DNA of 64,000 bases from contig JAPMXV010000058.1 in the NCBI GenBank assembly GCA_026936335.1, positions 186,001 to 250,000 of the forward strand. Direction: 5' to 3'. A program made the translations under genes and the position numbers. This DNA is from Mantamonas sphyraenae STR306 (Eukaryota > Protista > CRuMs). This document shows, in pieces, positions 31,987 through 43,890 of the stretch (position 1 is its first letter; the number at the start of each line of letters is the position of its first letter). The notes beneath the pieces are model-generated. The model was not told the origin of the DNA. It searched no databases and saw nothing but the letters and a program-made list of their open reading frames with translations.

Positions 31987-34496
31987 ATGTTCGCTCGTGT
32001 GACACGCCAACGCTCCTTGATGCACCGTCGTGTGCTGCCTCAGCAACAGCCAGCGCAGGGTCTGGGTGTCGTGGCCATGTACAGCACCGAGACGCTGAGC
32101 CCCAAGCTTTTTGACAAGGTTCTTGTTGCCAACCGCGGCGAAATCGCCTGCCGCGTCATCCGCTCCTGCCAGGACAACGGCGTGCGTGCTGTCGCCGTCT
32201 ACTCCGAGGCCGATGCAAACTCCATGCATGTCAAGAATGTAGGTCGAGCGTAGAGCCACCCAGAGGGCATCCCACATCTCCCCCCTCCTGCCCTCTGCAC
32301 AAGCACGCTTCCTTTCGTTAAAAGCCTCGGTCGACCCTCGTTTGCTTCAATCACCGAGGCCGCGGGTCCGTTTCCCTCTCGCCGACGCTTTTTCAGCCCC
32401 TTTGCGCTGCACTGTGGACCCCATGCTGCCAGAGTGCCACTCCACGTCATCCCATGGATTGCATGTTGCACTGTGCGTCCTTTGTGCCGCACTCTGTCTG
32501 GCCTTGCCTGTCCTTGCGCCTCGTTTGCTGCCGGAGCTTTTTGTCTCGACCCGCTTTTCCTGACACGAACAACCTCGGCCCCGCTCGCTGTGTGGCATCC
32601 CCCACCGACCATCAACCCAATCAGGCTGACGAAGCGTACCTGTTGGGTCCGCCTGCAGCCAGCGAGTCGTACCTGCTGGGCGACAAGGTGATTGAGACGG
32701 CCCTGAAGACCGGCGCACAAGCGATTCACCCCGGCTACGGTTTCCTGAGTGAGAACGAGGTGTTTGCCACAGCTGTGGAAAAAGCCGGCCTGACGTTCAT
32801 TGGCCCGCCGGCAGAGGCCATCCGCGCCATGGGCTCAAAGAGCGAGAGCAAGAAGATCATGGAGGCGGCCGGCGTGGCTTGCGTGCCGGGATACCACGGC
32901 GAGGACCAGAGCGACGATCTGTTGGCCAAGGAAGCCGACAAGATCGGATACCCCGTGTTGATCAAGGCTGTGTTGGGTGGTGGAGGCAAGGGCATGCGCA
33001 TTGTGCACGACCCGAAGGACTTTGCGGATGCGCTGAACTCGGCACGCCGCGAGAGCAAGAGCAGCTTTGGTGACGACCGTGTGCTTGTGGAGAAGTACTT
33101 GCAGAAGCCGCGGCACATTGAGATCCAGGTGTTTGCAGACAAGCACGGCGACGCAGTGTACCTGTTTGAACGCGACTGCTCGGTGCAGCGACGCCACCAG
33201 AAGATCATCGAAGAGGCGCCGGGACCCGGAGTGTCGCCCGAGCTGCGCAAGAAGATGGGCGAGAGTGCAGTGGCAGCGGCCAAGGCCGTGGGCTACGTGG
33301 GAGCCGGCACCGTGGAGTTCATCGTCGACAGCGAGGACGACTCGTACTACTTTATGGAGATGAACACGCGTCTGCAGGTGGAACATCCGGTGACGGAGAT
33401 GGTCACGGGCGAGGATCTGGTCAAGTGGCAACTGGCGGTGGCTGCAGGCAACCCGCTGCCCAAGACCCAGGACGAGCTCGTGCTGAGCAACCACGCGTTT
33501 GAGGCGCGCATCTACGCCGAGAACCCACGCAACAACTTCCTGCCCGGCACAGGCACGCTGTCCACCCTTCTGACGCCTGTGGAGACCGAAGACGTGCGCG
33601 TGGACACAGGCGTGCGCCAGGGCGACGAGGTCAGCATCTTTTACGACCCCATGATTGCCAAGCTGATTGTGCGTGGCGAGAACCGTGCCGCTGCATTGCA
33701 ACGCATGCGCAAGGCCCTGGATGAGTTCAAGGTCGTTGGCCTGCACACAAACATCGACTTTATCGGCCGTGTGTGTGCCAACCAGGCCTTCAAGGACGGC
33801 GGCGTCACCACCAACTTCATTGCCGAGCAGATGGACGACCTGTTGCCCCCTTACGTGCAGGCCAGCGACGAGGCATTGGCCCTCGCTGCCGTGGGTGGCG
33901 CCCTCAAGGCCCAGCAGCGCACACAGGCCGCACGCGAAGCCGTGGCCGACCGCAACAACCCGTTCCTCTCGGGCGATGGCAAGCGCTTCAACGGACGCGA
34001 CGGAATGGCGGTGTCGTTTGTGGAGGAAGGCGAGGAGGTGAGCGTGCGTCTGTACTCGCACGGCAACGGCGAGTACAGCACCGACGCCGTGCCCAGCATC
34101 CGCGCAACCCTGGAAGGCAACATCCTCAAGGCAGACATGCAGGGCACCCGTGTGACCGCAAGCTACATCGAAGACACGGACGAGGTGCAGCTCAGCATGG
34201 TCGGCTCCCACCACACCCACCACTTTAAGAAGCCCGTGCCCTCCTTCCTCAGCGGCGGCGCGAGTGCAAAGGGCTCGCTGGTCTCGCCCATGCCGGGCAA
34301 GATCACAAAGGTGATGGTCCAACAGGGCCAGAAGGTGAAGAAGGGCGATCCCCTCGTCGTCATGGAGGCCATGAAGATGGAACACACCATCAAGGCCTCC
34401 CAGGACGGCGTCGTCGGCGATGTCCTCTTTGCAGAGGGTGCTCAGGTGAAAGAGGCTGTTGAGCTCGTGCGCATGGAGCAGGAGGACGAGGAATGA
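31987..34496 (+). CDS. MCCC1: 3-methylcrotonoyl-CoA carboxylase alpha (biotin) subunit, intron 32239-32624
   Basis: [54 protein letters not shown] and biotin motif EAMKM; mitochondrial presequence. Confidence 0.9.
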
Positions 34497-34590
34497 GATG
34501 GGAAATTGTTGATGTAGGTTTCATTCGCTTGCCTGTGCGCTCTCGCACACTCATTGCACTGTTCCAGGGACCCCAAAGATGCATTGTGCA

Positions 34591-35326
34591 TCAGTCTGGG
34601 TCGTCGTCCATGTCCACATCTTCGGGCACGTGTTCAGAGCGGCCGGCAAAGCTGAGGACGTAGCCGTCGGGATCGGTGACGCTAAACCGATACAGTTCAT
34701 CCTCCGTGTCCTCGACAAGCTGCCATGGGGATGATGGATGGTGGGTATGCAATGGGTAGGATGTGGTGCGTGTTGGGACGGGTGGGTGTGAGCGAGAGGT
34801 GGTGGGTGGTGGGGGGCAGGAGGAGGAGAAGGCAAAACCCCTGCAAAAATGAACTCACCTCGGTGATCTCCTTGACCTTGGCAGCGGTGAAGCGACGATG
34901 GAGCCTAAAGACGTGGCCCACAAAGAACTGTACATCCCAGAGCATGTCGTCATCGGCGTGAAGTCCGCCCGTGCCGAGCATCTGGAGGGAATTGGGGCGT
35001 GGGGTCTGTGTGCCACGACACTCCTTGAGGGTGACACCGTGGCAGTCACGCATGACGACTGCGTAGTCGCTGCGACGTGGATGGTCGGTGACGTGATGGG
35101 TCAATTCGAAGCCCAGTACGCCGGTATAAAAGGCGATGGCATCATCCAGGTCGCGTACAAGCAGCACGGCACTGGCGTCCTCTAGCTCGACGATCTGTGC
35201 CAACTTGGACCGCCTTCGTTCGCTGCGCACCCACTGCGTCAATCCCACCGCCACCGCTGCGGCTGCAACACCCACCAACGCAGCTTGTAGCAAGCGTTGA
35301 GGATCCAAGCCCCCACGTGTCGACAT
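34591..35326 (-). CDS. Glyoxalase/VOC family protein with N-terminal membrane anchor
   Basis: LLVRDLDDAIAFYTGVLGF and, in the last exon, FSVTDPDGYVLSF. Confidence 0.8.
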
Positions 35327-35365
35327 TCGTGGCCTGTGCGCGCCATCGCAACCACAGCCTTCCCA

Positions 35366-36286
35366 ATGTCGGTGGCACATGATGACACAAACGACACCGA
35401 GGCGGTGGAAGAAGAAGAAGAAGAAAACACCCCCTTGGATCCTGTGCTGCTTGTGAAATTGGGTGGAAGTGCCATCACGATGAAGCAGGAGGGTCAGATG
35501 GAGAGCCAAAGCCGGGTGTTGCGTCAATTGGCCCTCACTCTTGCGCAACAGCCCCACCCATGTTTGGTCATCCATGGAGCCGGTTCATTTGGACATCGAC
35601 ATGCCAAGGAGGCGGCGTTGTCGTCGGGTGGTTTGGACAAGGGTGCCAAGCGGGCAGCAGGAGTGTCTGCGTGTCGCGTTGCCCTCCTGCAGCTCCATGC
35701 CATGGTGGTGCAGCAGCTGTGTGACGCAGGATTGAACGCTGTCTCCATGCCTGCCTTTCCACAGTGGAAGTGTCACGACGGCCGCCTGGATGCACAGCAC
35801 ACGGCCGCCGACGACGTGGTGGCCGCTCTCAAGACCGGTTTGGTGCCTGTGATGCACGGTGACGTGGTGTTTGACGACGTCCGCGGCGTCACGGTCCTCT
35901 CGGGCGACACCATCATGGCCCATCTGGCCACCCGCGTGCCTCTGGTCAAGGACACCGTCGTGTTTGTCAGCTCTGCCCCGGGCGTCTGCGCCTTCCCGCC
36001 CGAAGAGGCGTCAGACAGCCAGGAAAATGCTTCCCCAGTGGAAAGGATACACGAAATGGTGGTGGATGACGAGCATGCGGACGTGGATGCGTTGCTGGCC
36101 AAGTACGGCGTGCGGACCTCGACGCACGAGCACGACGTCAGCGGAGGCATGCATGGGAAGCTGGACGCTGCCATGGCCATGGTGCGTGCCAGTGAGCATG
36201 ACCTCAAGGTGCTCATCACAAACGCAGAGCTGTGGGACGGAGAGGACATGACGGCCGGGACGATCGTTCGTGGAGGAATCAAGTGA
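35366..36286 (+). CDS. Isopentenyl phosphate kinase (amino-acid kinase family)
   Basis: VKLGGSAIT.K, IHGAGSFGH (IPK His), PVMHGDVVFD, LSGD and DVSGGMHGKL. Confidence 0.88.
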   Translation: MSVAHDDTNDTEAVEEEEEENTPLDPVLLVKLGGSAITMKQEGQMESQSRVLRQLALTLAQQPHPCLVIHGAGSFGHRHAKEAALSSGGLDKGAKRAAGVSACRVALLQLHAMVVQQLCDAGLNAVSMPAFPQWKCHDGRLDAQHTAADDVVAALKTGLVPVMHGDVVFDDVRGVTVLSGDTIMAHLATRVPLVKDTVVFVSSAPGVCAFPPEEASDSQENASPVERIHEMVVDDEHADVDALLAKYGVRTSTHEHDVSGGMHGKLDAAMAMVRASEHDLKVLITNAELWDGEDMTAGTIVRGGIK

Positions 36287-36306
36287 TCAGGATCAAAATC
36301 TTCTGT

Positions 36307-37202
36307 TTAACGGTAGTCCACGACATTGATACTCTGGACGACCTTGTTGCCCTCGAGGACACCAAGCTGAATGTGCACGGGTTCCCACTTGCCGTCACGC
36401 AGAACGAGGTGGGAGACAACCACACCCTGCTCGTTGCGTCCCTTGACCCTGAACATGACCTTCATGGCACGTTCGCCCTCCTCGGTGTGGCCGTAGCGAT
36501 GGAACACGGTGCTGCTGCTGTCACTTGCGTACTGATAGGCCTTGATGGGTTCGCCCAGAAAGTGAGCGATCTCCGTCTCGCTCTGCACCACCGCCACGCT
36601 GTCCTCAAACGCCTTTTCCTCCACCTCCTTGCCCCACACCACGCTGACGCCGTAGTACACCGCCGTCACCAACGCCGTGCCCAGCCCCACAAACATGGCG
36701 TAGTTCACTCCCCTCTGCACGGGTGTCTGTGGAACCAACACCTCTCCGTCCGGTCCCACCCGTGTGTTCAGCTGCTCCACACTCGTGCGTTGTCCACCGG
36801 CCTCTGCCTCTGCTCCGCCTGCCCCCCGTCCCGAGGCCTTGCCTGCCTCTCCGGCCTCTCCGGCCTCTCCCGCTGCCTCCTTGGACATGTGTCGCCGCGT
36901 TTGTTGCTGGAGCATGTGCCGCGAAACCACGCCAACCCGTCGTCCCTGCCTGGTCCCTGTGGCCACCACGCTTCCACTTGTGGTCAATCCAGCTGTCACA
37001 CTGGCCCATGTCTGCCTCCCGTGTCCTCCCGTCATGCTCGTGTGCATCAGTCTTGCCTGAGGCCTGCTGGACGCTGCTGCCAGGGATGATGACACCACGC
37101 TGCTCACGCTGCTGCTGCTGCTCACCACCCTGTTTCCCATGCTGCTCGCACGTGCATGCACCAGCACACATGCACGCGATGCTGCCACGCCTGCTTTCGA
37201 TG
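36307..37202 (-). CDS. Tim21-like mitochondrial inner-membrane protein
   Basis: Arg/Ser-rich presequence, single TM segment and LGEPIKAY motif. Confidence 0.65.
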
Positions 37203-37478
37203 TCTTTGCCACACGTGTCCACATGCTGCCCTCGGAACCCTTTTTGTCTTGAGTTGGCACGGTGGACGCGTGCATTGCGTTCGGTGTGCACACATGCTCA
37301 CACGTCCCCCCCCCTTACCCCCTCCTCCCATCCCCCCTTCCCCCCATTCCCCATTCCCCCATGCCCCTACCACCACCACCACCACCACCACCACCTTCTT
37401 CTCCAACTTCCCCTCTCGCTCACCCATCTCAACCTCCACGACCCCGAAGAAGAGAGAGAGAAGCCGCCGTCCCATCCC

Positions 37479-39351
37479 ATGGCCGTCATCAGTGTCCAGT
37501 TGAACGACCAATGCCAACACTTTGTGCTCGGCGACACCGTGGACCGCGCCGACTTGGAGGCCTCTGTCCGCCTGGCATTTGGGTTGCCACCCTCCACCGA
37601 CTTTCTCCTCTTCCAGGATCTCATTGTCAACGGCGAAACCGTGCGTGCCATCGTCTCGTTGGCCACGGGGGCATTCAAGGATGGCCAGGCGTACGTGTTG
37701 GAAGTTGTGGAGCGGCCCCAAGCCGAACCGGCGCCGCAATTCGAACTGCCTCCCGTCGAGGCCATTGTGGACAACACCGTGGAATGGCAGGGTCACACGC
37801 TGCACCTTGCACCCAATTGCACCCAGGCAGCCTATGCGTACGAAGCAAACGCCCCCCTGGAGCTCTCCCTCGACGCAGACGACATTGTCTGGCCGGTCCT
37901 GTACAGCCCGGCTGCGGGGCAGCCCGATGCACAGTATGCCAACACCTGGTGGCACCTTGGCGTGCGTGCCTCTACAGGCGACATTGGATTCTACCCCGTC
38001 CACTACATGAAGGACAGCCAGGAGGATGGTAGGTTGTGCCAGGGTGACATTTCCCTGCACAGAGTGCAAGAGAGGAGGAGTCCTCTGCCCGTTCTCCTCT
38101 CGCATGCTCCCCACAACTGCTCACACAACTGTCTGTTCCACGTCACAACACCCTCCAGCTGACGATTTGTGGCAGGATGAAGAATACTTCAACAGCTACG
38201 CGACGTTGAAGATCCACCACGAAATGCTATCTGACGACGCACGCACCCTGGCCTACCAGCAGGCGATCCAGGCTGGCATGGCGTCCCCTGCCTCCGTTAA
38301 TCCTTCGTCTTCATCGTCCTCAGACACAGACACGGCGGACAAGGAGAACCCGTTTGCTGGGGCAACCGTGATGGATGTGGGCTGCGGATCGGGGATCCTG
38401 TCGCTGTTTGCGGCGCAGGCCGGTGCGGAACAGGTTTACGCTGTGGAGGCCAGCGACATTGTGTCTGCCACACAGCAGGTGTTGGATGCCAACGCAGAAA
38501 GGGGGGGAAACAAGGTGACGCTGCTCAATAGCAAGCTGGAGAGTGTGGTGTTGCCTGGAGAGGACCAGAAGCAGGTGGATGTCATTGTCAGTGAGTGGAT
38601 GGGCACCATGCTCATCTTTGAGAGCATGATCGAAAGTGTGCTCATTGCACGCGATCGCTTCCTCAAAGACGACGGCCTCCTCTACCCGTCCGTGTGCACG
38701 CAGCTCATTGCTCCCGTCACCGCTCCGGGTGTGTACGAGAAGCGCATCGACTTTTGGAATGATGTGTACGGCTTTGACATGTCCGTCCTGCGCACTCGGT
38801 ACATCGAGGAAAGCTTCCAGACGCCCCTCTTTGACGAGACGGTCGATCCGGAGGATTTGCTGGCTGCAGGTGCGGTGTTCCACACTCATGACATGGCCTC
38901 CATGACCCTGATGGACTTGGAGAACGTGCACGGCGACTTTGAATTTGTCATTGAGCGCGACGCCCCGCTCCACGGCTTTGTCTCCTGGTTCGACTGCATG
39001 TTTCCCCACACCGACGTCGTCCTGTCCACATCTCCCTCTGCCCAGGCTACCCACTGGCGCCAGTCACGCATGATTTTCAACCAGGCGGTCGACGTCCGCA
39101 AGGGCGATGTTGTCCGCGGCCGCATTCATATGGAGCGCAACATCGAATGGCGTCGGCACTTTGGCGTCCACGTGTTCTTTGATGTCATTCCTGCAGGGAG
39201 TGAGGAAAAGAAGGAGGAGGAGGGTGAGACGGACAGCAAAGGCAACGACAATGGGGAGGAGGACGCGAACGATGACGACAATGATGACAACAGCTCCGGG
39301 TCACAGCAGCACGAGTACGCACACTACAAACGCTTCCGACTGTGGCGATGA
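37479..39351 (+). CDS. PRMT2: SH3-containing protein arginine methyltransferase (PRMT2-like), intron 38029-38158
   Basis: SH3 (AAYAYEA...ELSL...WW...G.YP..Y), WQDEEYFNSY.TLK.H.EML.D, DVGCGSG, VSEWMG, THW loop and terminal F.LWR. Confidence 0.85.
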
Positions 39352-39382
39352 TGAAGGGGGGGAAATGGATGGCACCGAGTGT

Positions 39383-42300
39383 TCAGCCGACGTTGATCTT
39401 CATTTGGCGCATCATGGCGTGAATGGTGCTCACCAAAGGGCCAGTGTCCATCTTGACATCCACGGCTTTGAGGTATACGTTTGGAGCCTTGAGGGTGACA
39501 CGCTGCTGGTTGTCAATGTACAAAGTGCGTCTCTGGATGCCGCCGACGAGGCCTCGTGTGTCATACAGTGGATTTGCATCGGTGGTGGCCGGCTGCTGCT
39601 GGCTCAGCTGGCTGTACTGCTCGCCAAATTGCGAGTCAAACACTTCTTGCAGTGTGGTTGACTTGCGGTAGGCACGATAGTACTGCTTGACACACACTGT
39701 CACGTTTTCGTACGTGGACGGATCCTGCAAACGCATCCACAGCGTCATGGCAACCTGTTGCATGTCACTACGCCGTCCACGACTGCTGCTGCTGCTGCTA
39801 CTGCTACTGCTGCTTGCAGGAGCACGTGCCAACTCGCGCAGCTTGTCCACAGACGCATGGGAGCCCGAGGTGTACTCAAACTCACCGCCGTACTTGACCA
39901 CGAGCGAGGCAAACTGAGCCTCCGAAATGCCATCCATGCGCAGGATACGCCAAACCATAGCGTCCTTGAGCCACATGGTGGCCTGTCCGGTGCCGTCGTC
40001 CATGACAACCTGCAGCTCGCAGGTGACGCGCACTCGCTTCACATTGCACCCATTGCTGCAGGTGCGCTCAAACACCAGCCGGGTTCCACATACTCCACAA
40101 AGGGCCTGCACCGTGAGCCTGTGCACTGCCACAATGCAGCCGCGCAGTTGGAACACACTCTTGTCCACCAGACTGTTGTTGCTCAGGTCCACAATGCGTC
40201 TCTTGGGCAATTCCTCCTGCTTCTGCTTCCTCGCTCTCCTCCTTTTTGACTCCTGGGGTCTCTCCTGGACATCCATGGCATCGGTTGTGTCCTGTGCCAC
40301 GTCCTGCGACGAGGTGATGGCTGCCTCGAGCATCTCCTGAGCATCGTGGCGTGCCTGCTGCACATCGGTGGGCATGGACAGGACACGAATGCATGAGTTG
40401 ACCGTGCTGGAGCAGTAGATTTTGTAGGTGCGTGACACAGTGCGTGTCAGCCTGCGCATTTCCACCGTGGCCCCAGGCACAAGGCCGAACGGATAGTGCT
40501 GCTGGTTGTCATTCAGGTACACGTCGATGACGTCGGGAGTGAAACAGTCGCGCACACGCAGCAGAATGCTGTGGCCTGGTTTGCCTCCGTTGCCCATGCG
40601 TGAGGCCTCAAAAGCGGTGGAGCGTGCAAGCGCACCTGGCAACGGCTTCACCGACGCCTGCCACGTGCGGTTCACAATCACTCCAACAATAGATTTGACG
40701 TCACCCATACCTGTCGTGCCTTCCACAGACACACTCTCGCGCACGCTGCTGACTCCTCGCTTTGCCTCCACCACAAGCTTCGTCCGTGCCTGCAGACATT
40801 GCACCACACGCAGAACTGGCGCACGCTCTTCCAACAAATCACGCAGCTGTTCGATTTCATACATCCGCTCAGGCGACACACGGATGACCATGATACGAGG
40901 AGAGTTGCTGCTGCTGCTGCTGCTGTTGCTGTTGCTGCTATCGAACGCCTTCCTCGGACTGCCACCGGCCACCTCGAATCGCACACGGCGCACAAGCGTG
41001 TGTGACGACGAGCTCTCGAAGCGAAATACACTGCTTCGTTGCTGTATATGGCCCTTGAGAGCGTAGGTGGAATGCAGGTCGAGGCAGTGAAAGTGAGCAA
41101 GGCTGGCGCCACGAAACACAAGATGCACCGTGTGCGTGTGTGACCGTTGCTCCCCTGCAAGCAGCACAACCTCCACACTCGCTTGCACCGTTGTGACTTG
41201 TGCACTCACATTCAGCCTGCGTGGCTGCGTCTTGTGCTTGACCATCACAAAAATCCACCCTCCTTGCCTTTCCTCGCCTGCATCCAATGCCTCAAACGCA
41301 CTCTGCAACTCATCTTCACTCACATTGCTGCTCGAGGGCGATCGGAACAGCATGCGTGCGTACGGTCTCTCCATCTGAACTGCCAGATACGCACGGAACT
41401 GATCCCCCTCCTGCTTCTCGCGTGCATACTCAATCACCAGCGAGTAGTTGTGAAATTCCCACAGCTGGCCCAGATGGTGGGGTTGCACGTCTGTGGCAAC
41501 CACCTCCATGCTGCCTGTGTCGTCAAACAGGGCCAAGCCGCCACACGACGTGCCTCGCAGCATACCCATCAACGCAACACGGATGCCCGGTTGGTACTGC
41601 ATCAAAGGCACCAAGTCCTCGTGTTTGGCAATGCAAAACTGCCAATCGGCCGTTGGATTGTGTTCATCCAGGCAGCTCGTCACAGCGTCATCCCGCACCT
41701 TGTTGCGCCACACAATGGGCACCAAGGAGTGGATCTCTTCCATGGTAGGCAGTGAGGGCGCACAATTGCTGCAGGATCGTGGCGAGTTGAGTTTGCACTG
41801 CGACGCATAGTCGAAAAACTCGGCAAACATGTCTCGATGTTGCAGCAGCTCAAAGCCCCAGCGCTCCAGCAGGTATTGCAACACCCCGCGCGGGTACTTG
41901 CCCGTGCCACACAGCTTGTGCTGAGAGAAGGTTTGGCCAAACTTGCCCTGCATGTCTCTGTACAGCTGTACGAGTTGCGAGACATCGGCAAGGCGCATGC
42001 CACGATGCAACTTGAGTGGCATCACCTCGGGCAACCACGCACTGTCGCCATCCACGTTGGCAAACTGAAGCACCTCCACATGCGATGCAGGACACAATCC
42101 GAGAGCATGCAGCGCCTCCGAGCTGTCAAACACGCCGTGTACGTTGGTCAGTTGCAAATACGCACCCACGCGCACACCCAAGCCACCGTCTGACAACGCA
42201 TGGTGGCTCAAGATCAGCATCAGGCCGCTCTTGGTCGCCAGCACCCCGGGCATCACGACTGCCTCGATTTCTGCCGTCACGTTGATCAGCTTCTGATACT

Positions 42301-43840
42301 TGGTCACCTCCACGGCAGGTGACGACGCCATGGACAATGATGATGATGATGAGGAGGAGGAGGAAGAAGAAGAAGAAGAAGAGGATGTGCTTGTGTCGAG
42401 CTGTTGGCTCAGCAGCTCCACAGTCTCATTCTCCACACGCGCACGCTTGACATCGCTCCCCTGACTCTGTGCCTCCTGACTGCTTTCGTAAGCTTCGTCC
42501 TCCTGCGATAAGATGACACGTTCTCGCTTGATGGCAGGGGAAAACACAGACGGCGAGGTGTGTGAAGCGATGCGACCACTGCTGCTGCTGCTGCTGCTGC
42601 TGGAGGAGGACAAGGGCAGCGATCCTTCCAGAATGTGTGTCACCGTGCGTGTGAGTGCCTTGGAAAGTGCGTGCAAACGTGGCAACTGGCCGTCCATGGG
42701 CACAATGAGTACCGATTTCGTGGAGCGGTTGGTCAGCACCTGACGAGTTGCACTGTTGGGCGTCTTGGCCTTGGTTTGACGCATCTTGCAAAACAGATAG
42801 GTGTGATACATGATGAGGGTGGATCGAAGCGCACACGCACGGACGCCGCGGAGGATGAGTACGGTCGACAGCAGCGTGTCCGCGTCCTCCACCTCCACCA
42901 AGAAGTAGCATGCATCGGGCGACGCAGACGACGTGCGAGAGTACACCACAGGCGAACACGCAGTGACCCTGCCCAGCACGTGTGCCTGTTCCAGTTTGTC
43001 CAAGGTTGACGTGTCACCCTTGACCAACGAGTGCCATCCCACGGGCTTGCTCGAGGTGGTGTTGGACGAAAACAGCGAGCGTTGGCTCGACGCATACTGG
43101 GAAAGTGTGTCGGTGCAGTCTTGGAAACGGATCGGTGCGTAGCGTTGGCGGTAGGCGAGTTCAACTTCGCCCGGTTCGAGATCCACCAGCCAGCTCGGAC
43201 CGCGCCAGCCCACAGGCAGCACGTTGTCCATGTGCACCTCGAGATAGGGTGGTGAGGTGGCTGTGTTGTCACTGCTGTGGATGGGCACAACGTTGCCTGA
43301 GCGAATCCACACCACATGGCCCACAAGGGAAGGGATGCCGCCAACGAGCTTGACGGGCACGCGTGCGTTGTCGTCACACAGCACCAACATCCAGGCATCA
43401 TGCCCCCCTACGTCGCCATACTGTGTCTCCAGGCGTCCCATGAGCACTGTTCCTCCGCTCGGGTGCCACAGAGAGTCGTACTGCAGCTGCTGGGGCCCGG
43501 CAAGCGAGTCGAGCTCGACAAAGCGAGCGCCCAGCGGAAGGCCGACGTCTGGGGCCGCATCGTAGTCCAGGCGCTCCAGAGCAAAGGACGCATCGGCCTC
43601 CCCAGTGTTCCATGGGCCATGTGCGTGCGACTGGGGAAACATGAGGAGGAGGAGCCAGTGCTGGGCCCACGTGAGAGCCATCTGGGGATCAAAGATGGCG
43701 CAGCGTTCCAACAAAGTTCCCAGGAACACCTCTTCGGCCTCCGCCAGCTCGGCAGGGGCCTCGCCGGCAAACTGGAGCTGTTTGAGGGCGCACACAAAGG
43801 CACACAGCTGCTCCAACGGAGCCTGTGAGCTTGCGTCCAT
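39383..43840 (-). CDS. CTC1: CST complex subunit CTC1-like multi-OB-fold protein
   Basis: YPFGLVPGATVEMRRLTRTVSRTYKIYC resembles the CTC1 GLLPGA.V...L...VS....VYC motif; GVRVGA.LQLTNVH; C-terminal Zn-ribbon OB fold (CGVC...C, MDDGTGQA). Confidence 0.78.
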   Translation of the reverse strand: MDASSQAPLEQLCAFVCALKQLQFAGEAPAELAEAEEVFLGTLLERCAIFDPQMALTWAQHWLLLLMFPQSHAHGPWNTGEADASFALERLDYDAAPDVGLPLGARFVELDSLAGPQQLQYDSLWHPSGGTVLMGRLETQYGDVGGHDAWMLVLCDDNARVPVKLVGGIPSLVGHVVWIRSGNVVPIHSSDNTATSPPYLEVHMDNVLPVGWRGPSWLVDLEPGEVELAYRQRYAPIRFQDCTDTLSQYASSQRSLFSSNTTSSKPVGWHSLVKGDTSTLDKLEQAHVLGRVTACSPVVYSRTSSASPDACYFLVEVEDADTLLSTVLILRGVRACALRSTLIMYHTYLFCKMRQTKAKTPNSATRQVLTNRSTKSVLIVPMDGQLPRLHALSKALTRTVTHILEGSLPLSSSSSSSSSSSGRIASHTSPSVFSPAIKRERVILSQEDEAYESSQEAQSQGSDVKRARVENETVELLSQQLDTSTSSSSSSSSSSSSSSSSLSMASSPAVEVTKYQKLINVTAEIEAVVMPGVLATKSGLMLILSHHALSDGGLGVRVGAYLQLTNVHGVFDSSEALHALGLCPASHVEVLQFANVDGDSAWLPEVMPLKLHRGMRLADVSQLVQLYRDMQGKFGQTFSQHKLCGTGKYPRGVLQYLLERWGFELLQHRDMFAEFFDYASQCKLNSPRSCSNCAPSLPTMEEIHSLVPIVWRNKVRDDAVTSCLDEHNPTADWQFCIAKHEDLVPLMQYQPGIRVALMGMLRGTSCGGLALFDDTGSMEVVATDVQPHHLGQLWEFHNYSLVIEYAREKQEGDQFRAYLAVQMERPYARMLFRSPSSSNVSEDELQSAFEALDAGEERQGGWIFVMVKHKTQPRRLNVSAQVTTVQASVEVVLLAGEQRSHTHTVHLVFRGASLAHFHCLDLHSTYALKGHIQQRSSVFRFESSSSHTLVRRVRFEVAGGSPRKAFDSSNSNSSSSSSNSPRIMVIRVSPERMYEIEQLRDLLEERAPVLRVVQCLQARTKLVVEAKRGVSSVRESVSVEGTTGMGDVKSIVGVIVNRTWQASVKPLPGALARSTAFEASRMGNGGKPGHSILLRVRDCFTPDVIDVYLNDNQQHYPFGLVPGATVEMRRLTRTVSRTYKIYCSSTVNSCIRVLSMPTDVQQARHDAQEMLEAAITSSQDVAQDTTDAMDVQERPQESKRRRARKQKQEELPKRRIVDLSNNSLVDKSVFQLRGCIVAVHRLTVQALCGVCGTRLVFERTCSNGCNVKRVRVTCELQVVMDDGTGQATMWLKDAMVWRILRMDGISEAQFASLVVKYGGEFEYTSGSHASVDKLRELARAPASSSSSSSSSSSRGRRSDMQQVAMTLWMRLQDPSTYENVTVCVKQYYRAYRKSTTLQEVFDSQFGEQYSQLSQQQPATTDANPLYDTRGLVGGIQRRTLYIDNQQRVTLKAPNVYLKAVDVKMDTGPLVSTIHAMMRQMKINVG

Positions 43841-43890
43841 GTGGTTGCGCCGGCGCAGGCACCCACGGAAAGCTCTCCACCTCGCAACAC

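Noticed and set aside
36723-37478. N-terminal part of the 479-aa ORF with poly-His upstream of PRMT2
   Set aside because: Overlaps the Tim21-like gene in antisense and a C-rich intergenic tract; the real start is more likely the ATG at 37479.
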